The notes: generated from the letters alone by a model not told the origin. A stretch of DNA of 64,000 nt from an uncultured Candidatus Saccharibacteria bacterium (GCA_964402215.1 CAYOAT010000001.1:70703-134702); one strand, 5' to 3'. Numbered from the stretch's first letter, positions 20,723-29,874 are shown. Numbers and translations: made by a program.

Positions 20723-21952
20723 CTACCTGTTTCTTAAAATTTTATCAATCTTTTCAGCAATGATTTTGAAATCTTTTTCTTTTTTACCGCGTGTAGTTTC
20801 TGCTGCCGAACCAATTCTAATTCCCGACGGATCAAATGGAGAACGTGTATCAAATGGAATTGCATTTTTGTTTACAATAATTCCAGCCTTTTCTAATAAA
20901 GATTCAGCCTCTTTTCCGGTTAATCCACCGGCTCCCTTTTCATTTTTCGCACCACCATTCCAAACATCAATTAAAACCAAATGACTGTCTGTTCCGCCTG
21001 AAATAATTCTCCAACCAAATTTCTTTAATTCTGTGGCCAATATATTGGCATTTTTTACAACTTGTTTTGCATATTTTTTAAATGTAGGAGAAGCGGCTTC
21101 ACAAAGCGCTACTGCCACAGCGGCGATTTGGTTATTATGTGGTCCGCCTTGAAGACCCGGAAAAATTGCTTTGTTAATTTTTTTTGGAAATTCTCTTTCA
21201 TCAATTTTACTAAAAATTAATGCTGATCTTGGTCCACGTAGAGTTTTATGAGTTGTCGTTGTTACAACATCAGCATATTCAAATGGAGATGGATAAACTT
21301 TTCCCGCAACAAGCCCTGCGATATGTGACATATCGACCATTAAAATGGCGCCGCATGAATCAGCTACTTCCCTCATCTTTTTCCAATCAATTTTTCTTGG
21401 ATAAGCGGTATAACCAGAAACAATTAAATTTGGTTTTTCTTTTTGTGCCAACTCTTTTAGTAACTCATAATCTATTGTTTCAGTTTTTTGATCAACGCCA
21501 TATAGAACTGAATTCCAAAATGTGCCAGTCGCTGAAACTTTTTGCCCATGAGTTAAATGCCCGCCATGGTCTAGTGACATACCCATAATCTTTCCACGTG
21601 GTTTTATAAAACCATCAGCGGTTGTGCCACCGATCGGAACAAGAGCAAAGTAAACGGCAAAATTTGCTGGTGATCCAGAAAGAGATTGTACATTCACTGC
21701 CCATTTATCTTTACTTAGTCCAAAAAGTTTTAACGCACGAGCCTGACAAACTTCCTCAACAGAATCAATTACAGAATTTCCACCATAATATCTCTTTCGC
21801 GGATAACCTTCTGAGTATTTATTGGTTAAAACTGAACCGAGGGCTGACAAAACGTCCTTTGAAACATAATTTTCAGAAGCAATAAGATTTATTACTTTTT
21901 TCTGGCGCCGTGTTTCTTCCTTTATTAGATTTTCTATTTTTTTGTCTTTCAT
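20723..21952 (-). CDS. glyA: Serine hydroxymethyltransferase
   Basis: LIASENY, NKYSEGYP, GGHLTHG, PLP lysine motif TTTTHKTLRGPR, FPGLQGGP. Confidence 0.98.
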   Translation of the reverse strand: MKDKKIENLIKEETRRQKKVINLIASENYVSKDVLSALGSVLTNKYSEGYPRKRYYGGNSVIDSVEEVCQARALKLFGLSKDKWAVNVQSLSGSPANFAVYFALVPIGGTTADGFIKPRGKIMGMSLDHGGHLTHGQKVSATGTFWNSVLYGVDQKTETIDYELLKELAQKEKPNLIVSGYTAYPRKIDWKKMREVADSCGAILMVDMSHIAGLVAGKVYPSPFEYADVVTTTTHKTLRGPRSALIFSKIDEREFPKKINKAIFPGLQGGPHNNQIAAVAVALCEAASPTFKKYAKQVVKNANILATELKKFGWRIISGGTDSHLVLIDVWNGGAKNEKGAGGLTGKEAESLLEKAGIIVNKNAIPFDTRSPFDPSGIRIGSAAETTRGKKEKDFKIIAEKIDKILRNR

Positions 21953-21966
21953 TTATATAAAGCTTA

Positions 21967-22665
21967 TCACGAAATAATAATGTTGCTTTTATGGCGATTA
22001 TTCAATTTTTCATAAATAATAATAACAATCGATATTAATGCCATTCCATAAATAAAATCTTCAATTGGGATACTTATTATATTAATGTTTGTCTTCAAAA
22101 AGGTATTGTAAATCACAACTGGTCTTGCTGTAAGATAAAGATTGAATATAAAAGTTAAAATATTTACAACTCCAAATATAAAAATCAAAAAATGTTTTTG
22201 TAAAAAAAGTTTTGTTTTTAATATTGAATCGACGACGATTACTAAAAAGAAAACTGATAAAACAACGCCAGAATATATTTTACCGATAAATAATGAGAAC
22301 GCAGCGCCTACTAAAATAAGTAACAGAAAAAGTGGATTCTTAAAAAATTTTATTTCTTTTATTTCAACAAAAAGTTTTTTATAGTTAACCCACAAAAACA
22401 AGCAAGCAAATGGTACCGAAATAAAAAATAAAACTTCCTCTATAGGAATCCTGCCGATCAAAAAACCGCTTATATATTTTTGATTAAAAGACCAAAAATA
22501 ATTTATTACTAGCTCATCCCAAATTACAAAAAAAATAAAAGCGCAAAGAATTGATAAAAACATTGGTTTTCGATTTAATTCTTTTGCTCTCTCGGGCAGG
22601 AACAGTAAGGCCAATATTGGTCCTAAAAAAACTATTATATTAAAAATAAAATATTCTATTTTCAT
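21967..22665 (-). CDS. Membrane-type lycopene cyclase (two CrtYc/Yd-like repeats fused)
   Basis: Two hydrophobic repeats ending in IPIEEVLFF and IPIEDFIYG (PxE(E/D) motif), plus WD...W.F; last gene of the crt cluster. Confidence 0.85.
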   Translation of the reverse strand: MKIEYFIFNIIVFLGPILALLFLPERAKELNRKPMFLSILCAFIFFVIWDELVINYFWSFNQKYISGFLIGRIPIEEVLFFISVPFACLFLWVNYKKLFVEIKEIKFFKNPLFLLLILVGAAFSLFIGKIYSGVVLSVFFLVIVVDSILKTKLFLQKHFLIFIFGVVNILTFIFNLYLTARPVVIYNTFLKTNINIISIPIEDFIYGMALISIVIIIYEKLNNRHKSNIIIS

Positions 22666-23732
22666 GATTTTCTATTTGTTACATACACCAGCAATTCCAC
22701 TAATGAATTTTTGATATCTTCCCCTGTCGCCAGATTTTTTATTCTATTATTAGCTTTTTTTATATACTTTTCTTTGATTTTATCAATTTCTGTTTTGACT
22801 CCAAACTCTCTAAAAAGAGATCTGATTTTACCCAAATCATCCACACTTAAATTATCTTTTCCAAAAATACTGTCTAGAATTTTCTTTTTTGACTTTGGAA
22901 TTTTTTTATATAAGAAATATCGAATTAAATTTTTTGTATTTCTACTGATATCAATACCGGCTGTCTTGCCTATCTCTTTTTTTTCTCCAAATATACCAAT
23001 CTCATCATCAACTATTTGAAAAACAATGCCAATATCCTCACCAATTCTATCAAAGTCTGAGGTTACTTTCGTCGAAGAATCATTAAATAAAGAAGCCATC
23101 ACCAACGGCATTGAAAATGTGTACCTTGCTGTTTTATATAAATATATTTTTAATATGTTACTTGAATTTGGCTCTATATTTGAAGCACCAAAAAAAACAT
23201 CATCGATTTGACCTAACCCAGTCTGAGAATAGTCGTTCAATAGTTTTTTAATTATATGTTCTCCATTTTTTAAACCAGAAACAGCAGAGTTAAATAATTG
23301 AAAAGCCATAAAAAATGCCATATCACCAACAGAAATGGCTATCGATTTCGCTGTTTGCACTTCATTATCTTTAACGCTTTTTTTAATATCATTAATATAC
23401 TGTGCGTGAATTGATGGTTTGCCTCGGCGAAAAAGATCGTCGTCCATAATGTCGTCATGTATGAGAAGCGCGGAATGGGCAATTTCCATGGCTACAGCAA
23501 AATTAAGTAGTCTATCTTTATCTTGGAATCCGAGTCGCTCGGCTGTATAAACAAAAAGAGTACCCCTGATACTTTTACCCCTAGTTGCAAACTCCCCCAA
23601 TCTATCTATCGCTTTTCTCTGCGTCTCACCACAATAACTGTACTCATGTTTTTTATGAGAGATAAATTTTTTAATAGCCCGATCAATTTCTTTTTTAATC
23701 CTAGAAATTTGTTTTAAATACGACTCATCCAT
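22662..23732 (-). CDS. crtE: Polyprenyl diphosphate synthase (GGPP synthase, CrtE/IdsA-like)
   Basis: GKSIR, first Asp-rich motif LIHDDIMDDDLFRRG, KTARYT, FQIVDD. Confidence 0.88.
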   Translation of the reverse strand: MDESYLKQISRIKKEIDRAIKKFISHKKHEYSYCGETQRKAIDRLGEFATRGKSIRGTLFVYTAERLGFQDKDRLLNFAVAMEIAHSALLIHDDIMDDDLFRRGKPSIHAQYINDIKKSVKDNEVQTAKSIAISVGDMAFFMAFQLFNSAVSGLKNGEHIIKKLLNDYSQTGLGQIDDVFFGASNIEPNSSNILKIYLYKTARYTFSMPLVMASLFNDSSTKVTSDFDRIGEDIGIVFQIVDDEIGIFGEKKEIGKTAGIDISRNTKNLIRYFLYKKIPKSKKKILDSIFGKDNLSVDDLGKIRSLFREFGVKTEIDKIKEKYIKKANNRIKNLATGEDIKNSLVELLVYVTNRKS

Positions 23733-24568
23733 ATGATTGTTTGTTTTAGGGAAATTAATATAATTTTAAAAATTGATGGCTTAACTTTTTTTCTAAATAT
23801 AATTGTCGGGTCCTTATAGATTTCATCTATAATACTTTCATATATATTTGCAACTATTTTAATGGATAGTTTAAGTCGTCTTGGAATATATGATATAGAT
23901 TCCTTGCTCTCATGTAAAATACTTTTTGATCGATCAAGCTGAAAACGAATGAAAGAAATAAATTCGCTATTCTGATTGTTGGACACCTCTTCTGTAATGA
24001 TTTTTGGTAAATTAAATTTATCCAATTCATCTATGGGTAGAAAAACTTTGCCGGATGTTTCGTCTTCAGAAATGTCTCGAATAATATTTACAAGTTGCAT
24101 TGCGTGGCCCATTTTCTTTGCCCCATCAAAAGCATTTTCCGGTAAACACATGACATATGACATAAAAATACCAATAACATCAGCCACGCCATAAACAAAT
24201 TTACAAAGCTCTTCATATGATTCGTATGACCTTTTGAAAAGGTCAATGTCTTGGGACTTAAAATATTCCATAACAAAAGAATGATCAATTTTTCTTCTAT
24301 TTATCAGCTCTGCAAATGAATCGATATGTGCAATGCCGGATTGTTGGCCGGACAAACTATTAATTGTGGCATTTTTCAATTTACTAAATGATTCATAATC
24401 GGGCGGACTTGAATCAACATAATCATCAGAAATTCTAAGAAATGTATACAAAGAGTAAACATCTTTTCTTATTTTTTTTGGGAAAAACAACGACGAGATG
24501 TAGAAGGTTTTGCTTGATTTTTTTATTGAATCTGAATTAGGTTGTATATTTTTTTGAATCATTGTCAA
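23714..24568 (-). CDS. crtB: Phytoene synthase
   Basis: SKTFY.SS..FP, LYTFLRISDDYVD, YGVA.VIG, AMQLVNIIRDISED, GKVFLP. The start may be 24562. Confidence 0.9.
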   Translation of the reverse strand: MTMIQKNIQPNSDSIKKSSKTFYISSLFFPKKIRKDVYSLYTFLRISDDYVDSSPPDYESFSKLKNATINSLSGQQSGIAHIDSFAELINRRKIDHSFVMEYFKSQDIDLFKRSYESYEELCKFVYGVADVIGIFMSYVMCLPENAFDGAKKMGHAMQLVNIIRDISEDETSGKVFLPIDELDKFNLPKIITEEVSNNQNSEFISFIRFQLDRSKSILHESKESISYIPRRLKLSIKIVANIYESIIDEIYKDPTIIFRKKVKPSIFKIILISLKQTIIWMSRI

Positions 24569-26033
24569 AAATCAGATTAGCAACAATCTGTGCTGAAATC
24601 AAAGTAGTAGGCATTCCAACACCAGGGTTTGTATACTGGCCAACGAAATAGAGATTATCAACTTTTTTACTGAAATTTTTTGGTCGAAACATTGCTGTTT
24701 GGAAAAGCGTATGTGCGATACCAAATGCCGATCCTTTATAGGCATTGTAATCAGAAATAAAGTCACGATGTGAGTAAACTCTCTTTATTTTAATATGATT
24801 TTTTATATCTTCTCCAATAAGATTTTCCAAATGAGAAATAATTTTATTTGTCTCCTCTTCCCGTGTTGAATCGTCATCAATTAATCCTGCCGCAACTGGT
24901 ACAAGTATCATTACTGTTTCGTGACCTACTGGCGAAACAGAAGGATCGGTCTTTGAAGGAACATGAACATAATATGATGGATTTTCTGGCCACTTTGGAT
25001 TCTTGTAAACTTTTTCAAAACTTTTTTCCCAAGAATTGTTGAAATATAAATTATGATGTTCAAATTTTTCAAGTTTCTTATCTAAACCAAGATAAATAAT
25101 AAAACCCGATGGTGATAATACCCTCTTTGACCAAAATGACTCATCGTGAGTCTGCCATTCTTTTTCTAACAACTGAGTTTCTACAAAATGATAATCCGCG
25201 TTACACACGATGATATCTGATGAATATTCATCGTTCCCGCAAAAAACAGATTTTGCTTTTCCATTTACTACATTGATTTTTGTTACAGCACAATTTGTTT
25301 TTATATTAACACCAAATTCAACACAAATTTTTTCTAGAGCTTTAACAACCTCATGGATTCCGCCCATCGGATAATATATGCCTTGATTAAAATCCGTATG
25401 TGAAATTAATTCATAAAAGGCGGGCGTATTATATGGAGAACCCCCAAGAAAAACTGTCGTGAATTCAATTATTTTTTGTAATTCAGGATTTTTGAAATAA
25501 AAAGAAACATCTTTATGAAACGATTTAATAAAATCTAATAATGGGAGTTTTAATAAAAATTTAATATTAAATAATGGTTTCAGTCTTTTGTAACTAAAAT
25601 AAACCATTTTATCCATGGAAAGGTCATAAAGTTTTTTTGCTTTTTTTAAATATTTTTCTAACTTTCCACCGGAACCACTTTCCACTTTTTCAAACTGTTC
25701 TTTTATATCTTCGATGTTATTGGTGATTAAATAACTATTTCCGTTATCATAAAAAACTTTGTAGTGAACATCTAACTTCCTCAAATCTAGATAATCTAAA
25801 ATATTTTTGTCGAGTTTTTTAAAAAGATTTTCAAAAACATCCGGCATCATGTACCACGATGGTCCCATATCAAATATATATCCATCAACAATATATTTTC
25901 TCGCCCTACCACCTAACATAATATTTTTCTCTAAAATAGTGACCTTGTTACCGTCCTTGGCCAATAAAGCCGCCGTGGCTAGTCCACCGATCCCCCCGCC
26001 CACGATAACTATGTTTTTATTTTTTAATTCCAT
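24537..26033 (-). CDS. crtI: Phytoene desaturase (CrtI family)
   Basis: FAD-binding GGGIGGL, GGRA, FDMGPSWYMMP, YPMGG, HHNLYF, LYFVGQYTNPGVGMP. Confidence 0.92.
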   Translation of the reverse strand: MELKNKNIVIVGGGIGGLATAALLAKDGNKVTILEKNIMLGGRARKYIVDGYIFDMGPSWYMMPDVFENLFKKLDKNILDYLDLRKLDVHYKVFYDNGNSYLITNNIEDIKEQFEKVESGSGGKLEKYLKKAKKLYDLSMDKMVYFSYKRLKPLFNIKFLLKLPLLDFIKSFHKDVSFYFKNPELQKIIEFTTVFLGGSPYNTPAFYELISHTDFNQGIYYPMGGIHEVVKALEKICVEFGVNIKTNCAVTKINVVNGKAKSVFCGNDEYSSDIIVCNADYHFVETQLLEKEWQTHDESFWSKRVLSPSGFIIYLGLDKKLEKFEHHNLYFNNSWEKSFEKVYKNPKWPENPSYYVHVPSKTDPSVSPVGHETVMILVPVAAGLIDDDSTREEETNKIISHLENLIGEDIKNHIKIKRVYSHRDFISDYNAYKGSAFGIAHTLFQTAMFRPKNFSKKVDNLYFVGQYTNPGVGMPTTLISAQIVANLIFDNDSKKYTT

Positions 26034-26045
26034 ATATTAATAATA

Positions 26046-26531
26046 CTATCTCTTAAATTCCTTTTCGCTCGTATCCAAAAGATAAACATTTTTTATGTTG
26101 GCCCCAATAATTTTGTCCCAGCAGGGTTTACAACACCACCAATGTCCCCACAAATACAAATCGGCGTCGATCGGGTTTTTGCCGTTCTTTATGGCATCTT
26201 TTATAGCTCTCTGTTCACTGTGATCAGAATATTTGGCACACCCAGGACAAGCCCAATACTTCGTACCAGTCTTTATTTTAAGGAGACGTCTAATACACCA
26301 CCCACGCTTGTGCCATTCATTTAAAAGCTTTATATGGCCCAATGGAGCACGGTTAGCGGCCTTACCCAATATCTGCCCGTCTTTTGCTACTACTGAGCCT
26401 GTCGGTTGACCAAAATCTGTTGATTCTTTCATGGCGGTTTCCTTGGCCAAAGCCATAAATTTGTCAGTTATTGGGACATAAAAAATTTGACGCCCTTCTG
26501 GTAAATACGGGTAATTTGTCATATTCAACAT
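26046..26531 (-). CDS. Zinc-dependent cytidine/deoxycytidylate deaminase family protein (dCMP-deaminase-like)
   Basis: HSE (HxE) and WCCKPC (CxxC) zinc motifs, with a CxR...C..C insert resembling dCMP deaminase/ComEB. Confidence 0.8.
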   Translation of the reverse strand: MLNMTNYPYLPEGRQIFYVPITDKFMALAKETAMKESTDFGQPTGSVVAKDGQILGKAANRAPLGHIKLLNEWHKRGWCIRRLLKIKTGTKYWACPGCAKYSDHSEQRAIKDAIKNGKNPIDADLYLWGHWWCCKPCWDKIIGANIKNVYLLDTSEKEFKR

Positions 26532-26596
26532 TATATAAGATTTTAAAATTATTTTAATCTTATTTAATTATTTTTAAGTGTTATAATCTTTTTTAT

Positions 26597-27433
26597 ATGA
26601 CAAAATTTGATCAAATTTATCAGAAAATCCTGAAAGACATAATGACGAATGGGATCAAAGAATATTCCGAGAGAACTAAAATGGAATGTTCAGTTTTGCC
26701 GGGAATTCATTTCTCGATTGATCCAGAAAAAGATGGCTTCCCCCTACAAACTCTACGAAAAATTCCACTAAAATCTATTATTGCTGAACAAATTTGGTTT
26801 TTAAGTGGTGCACGAAAACCAGAAGATTTTTTACGCGATTACACAAAAATTTGGGATGCTTTTACTAACCCTGGAGACGTTGTTACTGTCGCCTATGGAT
26901 ATAGATGGAGAAAACATTTTGGCCGTGACCAAATCGCCGCATTAATAAAATTATTAGAAAAAGAACCTAGTTCAAGACAAGCCGTTGTCGTAACCTGGGA
27001 TCCAGGACAAGACGGTTTAGGCGCAGCAAAAAAAGCTAACGTCCCCTGTCCTTATACTTTTACTGTAAATATTATTGGTGGAAAATTACATTTACATAAT
27101 ATGGTGAGATCAAATGACATGGTACTTGGATTTCCATTTGATGTTGCAGGATTTTGTTTGCTTCAATATATTTTGGCACAAAAATTAGGAGTGGGTGTTG
27201 GAACTTATTCTCACTCGATTTCAAATGCTCATATTTATGAAAATCATTATGCTGGGGCGAAGGAAGTTATAAAAAGAAAACACGATCACGAACCAATAAA
27301 ATTAGTTCTTCCAAAAAATAGTTTTGCTCGTGCTGAAAAGAAAGATAAAAAACTTCTTGACGAAATTTTTGAAAATCTTAATAAACAATATCATCCTTTA
27401 GAAAATATTAGCGGTTTAATAATATCAAAATAA
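26597..27433 (+). CDS. thyA: Thymidylate synthase family protein with Asp at the Asn177 (E. coli) specificity position
   Basis: FPL.T.RK, E..WFL.G, IWD, YGYRWR, PSSRQ, catalytic PC (Cys151), RSNDMVLGFPFD (Asp182), HIYENH. Family assignment is secure; the substrate is uncertain. Confidence 0.9.
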   Translation: MTKFDQIYQKILKDIMTNGIKEYSERTKMECSVLPGIHFSIDPEKDGFPLQTLRKIPLKSIIAEQIWFLSGARKPEDFLRDYTKIWDAFTNPGDVVTVAYGYRWRKHFGRDQIAALIKLLEKEPSSRQAVVVTWDPGQDGLGAAKKANVPCPYTFTVNIIGGKLHLHNMVRSNDMVLGFPFDVAGFCLLQYILAQKLGVGVGTYSHSISNAHIYENHYAGAKEVIKRKHDHEPIKLVLPKNSFARAEKKDKKLLDEIFENLNKQYHPLENISGLIISK

Positions 27434-27435
27434 AT

Positions 27436-28116
27436 ATGTCAGTCTTAACAAACAAACAAATATTAGAAAGAATCAGAAATGGCGATATTACTTTTAAACC
27501 ACCTCTTGATGAATTTCAATTGCAAGCTCACGCGGTTGATTTGCGACTTGGTTACACTTTTATGATTCCAAAAAGCTGGCACCTAACCGAAAACGGCCGA
27601 GAGTCATTACGAGTTGATCATTTGAATAGTGAGAATGTTTCTAATTTATATGATGTTGTAGAGCTTGAAAAAGGCCAATATTTTGAGCTTTTACCAGAAG
27701 AGCACGTTCTAGCTGCAACTTTTGAATCAATCAAATGGCCAGATGATTTGATGTCTGTTTTGTATCCTAAATCTTCAACAAATCGTCGAGGTCTTTCCGT
27801 TGATTTAACTGGAATTGTTGATGCGGGATATGAAGGACAATTAATTATCCCAATCAGAAACAATACAAGTGCTCATTCAATCAGACTTTATCCTGGAGAA
27901 AGATTTTGCCAAATCACTTTTCATGAATTATGTGAACCAGCTAGAAAACCAAAAGGAACATATCACCAAAAAGATGTTGTCGAGGGTTTTATCTTAAATA
28001 AGAAATACAAAGATTACGATATGATCAAAAAAGGTCAGATCTTGGAGATGAAAGAAAAATACAAAATCGATTTAGATAAGGAAAAAAATGGAAACAAAAA
28101 ACAATCCAAAAATTAG
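27436..28116 (+). CDS. dcd: dCTP deaminase/dUTPase-superfamily protein lacking the canonical catalytic Glu
   Basis: VDLRLG, KSS..R.GL, VDAGYEG, LYPGERFCQI. Pro139 stands where Dcd enzymes have Glu. Confidence 0.8.
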   Translation: MSVLTNKQILERIRNGDITFKPPLDEFQLQAHAVDLRLGYTFMIPKSWHLTENGRESLRVDHLNSENVSNLYDVVELEKGQYFELLPEEHVLAATFESIKWPDDLMSVLYPKSSTNRRGLSVDLTGIVDAGYEGQLIIPIRNNTSAHSIRLYPGERFCQITFHELCEPARKPKGTYHQKDVVEGFILNKKYKDYDMIKKGQILEMKEKYKIDLDKEKNGNKKQSKN

Positions 28117-28603
28117 TTTGATTGTTGCGATAGCAAAAGGTTCTCGAACCATTGGAAAAGAAGGCGGTGGAATTCCTTGGCATATCAGTGAGGATTTTAA
28201 ATATTTTAAAAATATTACGACTGGTCATCCGATGATTATGGGTCGAGTTACTTGGGAATTATTTGGCGGTAAGCCACTTCCCAACCGAACCTCTATTGTC
28301 GTGACAAATAATCCTAATTACAAAGTTCCGGATGGACACTTTGTATGCGGATCAATCGAAGCGGCAATCGAAAAAGCCCGTGAACTTGATTCAAATGAAA
28401 TTTTTGTAATCGGCGGAGCAAGTATTTACGAGGCGGCAATGAAATACGCTAACAGAATTTATGTGACGATCGTTGATGTAGATATTGATGGTCCCGCAAA
28501 ATTCCCCGATTATGTTGCTGCCGGTTTTGCAAAAATAGTTTCCAGTCGAGATTCCAGTGAAGGAGATTATAGATATACCTTTCAAGTTGTTGAAAAAAAC
28601 TAA
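28088..28603 (+). CDS. folA: Dihydrofolate reductase
   Basis: LIVA...IG....IPW.ISED.K.FK..T, IMGR.TW, PLPNR, FVIGGASIY. Confidence 0.96.
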   Translation: METKNNPKISLIVAIAKGSRTIGKEGGGIPWHISEDFKYFKNITTGHPMIMGRVTWELFGGKPLPNRTSIVVTNNPNYKVPDGHFVCGSIEAAIEKARELDSNEIFVIGGASIYEAAMKYANRIYVTIVDVDIDGPAKFPDYVAAGFAKIVSSRDSSEGDYRYTFQVVEKN

Positions 28604-28610
28604 AGCAACC

Positions 28611-28689
28611 AAAAAACCATAATATTTTTTGAGTTCCTCCGCAGGGTAAATCCCGAGGACTAGAACGAACAAAAGTATTATGGTTTTTT
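28611..28689. terminator. Long branched hairpin between convergent folA and rplK (likely bidirectional terminator)
   Basis: Perfect 14-bp arms AAAAAACCATAATA / TATTATGGTTTTTT enclosing a GC-rich inner stem. Confidence 0.6.
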
Positions 28690-28695
28690 AATTAT

Positions 28696-29118
28696 TTATT
28701 TAACTTCTACACCCATTGAGCGGCAACTTCCCTCTATAGTTCTAGCCGCGGCTTCAACAGAACTAACATTCAAATCAGCCATTTTCTTTTTTGCAATTTC
28801 AAGAATTTGAGCTTTTGTAATTGTGCCTGCTTTTGTAGTTTTATTAGCACCGGAACCTTTATCTTTTCCAATAGCTTTTAAAATAAGAGCTGCTGCTGGT
28901 GCAGTTTTGTATTCCAATTTAAAACTTCGATCTTCAAAAACAGTAATAATTGTTGGAACAACTTCACCCATTCTGTCTTTGGTTTCAGTGTTGAATTTGT
29001 TAATAAATTCACCAATGTTAATACCTGCCTGACCCAAGGTTGGACCTAAAGGTGGAGCTGGTTTTGCTTGACCGCCGATTGCTTGAACTTTTATAACTTT
29101 TTGTATTTTCTTAGCCAT
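28696..29118 (-). CDS. rplK: 50S ribosomal protein L11
   Basis: A.PAPPLGP.LGQ.G.NI..F...FN, IAKKKM.DLN, GSCRSMG. Confidence 0.98.
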   Translation of the reverse strand: MAKKIQKVIKVQAIGGQAKPAPPLGPTLGQAGINIGEFINKFNTETKDRMGEVVPTIITVFEDRSFKLEYKTAPAAALILKAIGKDKGSGANKTTKAGTITKAQILEIAKKKMADLNVSSVEAAARTIEGSCRSMGVEVK

Positions 29119-29141
29119 AATTTGTGTTTCGTGATATTAGC

Positions 29142-29687
29142 TTAAATTTTCTTAACTTGCAAGAAATCAAGTTCAACAGGAGTTTCTCGACCAAACATCG
29201 AAACGTTTACCTTGATTTTTCCTCGAGATTCATCAATTTCTTCAACTCGACCTTCTAATTCCTTGAATGGGCCATCAACAATCATCACAACGTCACCAGC
29301 AATCAAATCAATTTTATGTTTTGCTGTATCAGTTTTCATTCTACCGAACAAATCATCAACTTCTTTTTTTGATAATGGAACTGGAAATACTCCTGATCCA
29401 ACGAAACCAGTAACACGTGGCGTGTTTCGTACGACATACCAAGAGTCGTCGGTCACAATCATGTCGACCAAAACGTACCCAGGATAAATCTTTTCATCAA
29501 CTTCTACTCTTTTGTTTCCTTTTATTTTAATTTTCTTTTCTGTTGGAACAAGAACATTAAAAATTTTCTCTTCCATAGCAAGAGATTCAATTCTTTGTGC
29601 CAAGTTTTTTGCTACAGCATTTTCGTATCCAGCATATGTGTGGATCGCATACCAATTTCGTTCTCGTGTTGGTTGTTGTTTTGACAT
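29142..29687 (-). CDS. nusG: Transcription termination/antitermination factor NusG
   Basis: WYAIHTYAGYE, YPGYVLV, VRNTPRVTGFVG, KOW domain DGPF, MFGRETPVEL. Confidence 0.98.
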   Translation of the reverse strand: MSKQQPTRERNWYAIHTYAGYENAVAKNLAQRIESLAMEEKIFNVLVPTEKKIKIKGNKRVEVDEKIYPGYVLVDMIVTDDSWYVVRNTPRVTGFVGSGVFPVPLSKKEVDDLFGRMKTDTAKHKIDLIAGDVVMIVDGPFKELEGRVEEIDESRGKIKVNVSMFGRETPVELDFLQVKKI

Positions 29688-29691
29688 GTTT

Positions 29692-29874
29692 TTATTTTAC
29701 GAAGAAATTTTTGATAATATCCACGAAAATAAAATCGAAAAATCCAAGATATAGAGATACAGCAAAAGAAATTATTACAACAAGCAATGTATAAACCATT
29801 GTTTGTTTTTTTGATGGCCAGCTAACGTGTTTTAATTCACCTGTTGTGTCTTTGAAGAAATTTATTAATCCCAT
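29692..29874 (-). CDS. secE: Preprotein translocase subunit SecE
   Basis: ELKHVSWPS followed by a TM helix; directly upstream of nusG. Confidence 0.95.
   Translation of the reverse strand: MGLINFFKDTTGELKHVSWPSKKQTMVYTLLVVIISFAVSLYLGFFDFIFVDIIKNFFVK

Noticed and set aside
26046-26531. TadA or RibD assignment for the deaminase
   Set aside because: It lacks the TadA-type EVPVGA and TLEPC context and has no reductase domain; the CxR...C insert and neighbourhood fit dCMP-deaminase-like enzymes better.
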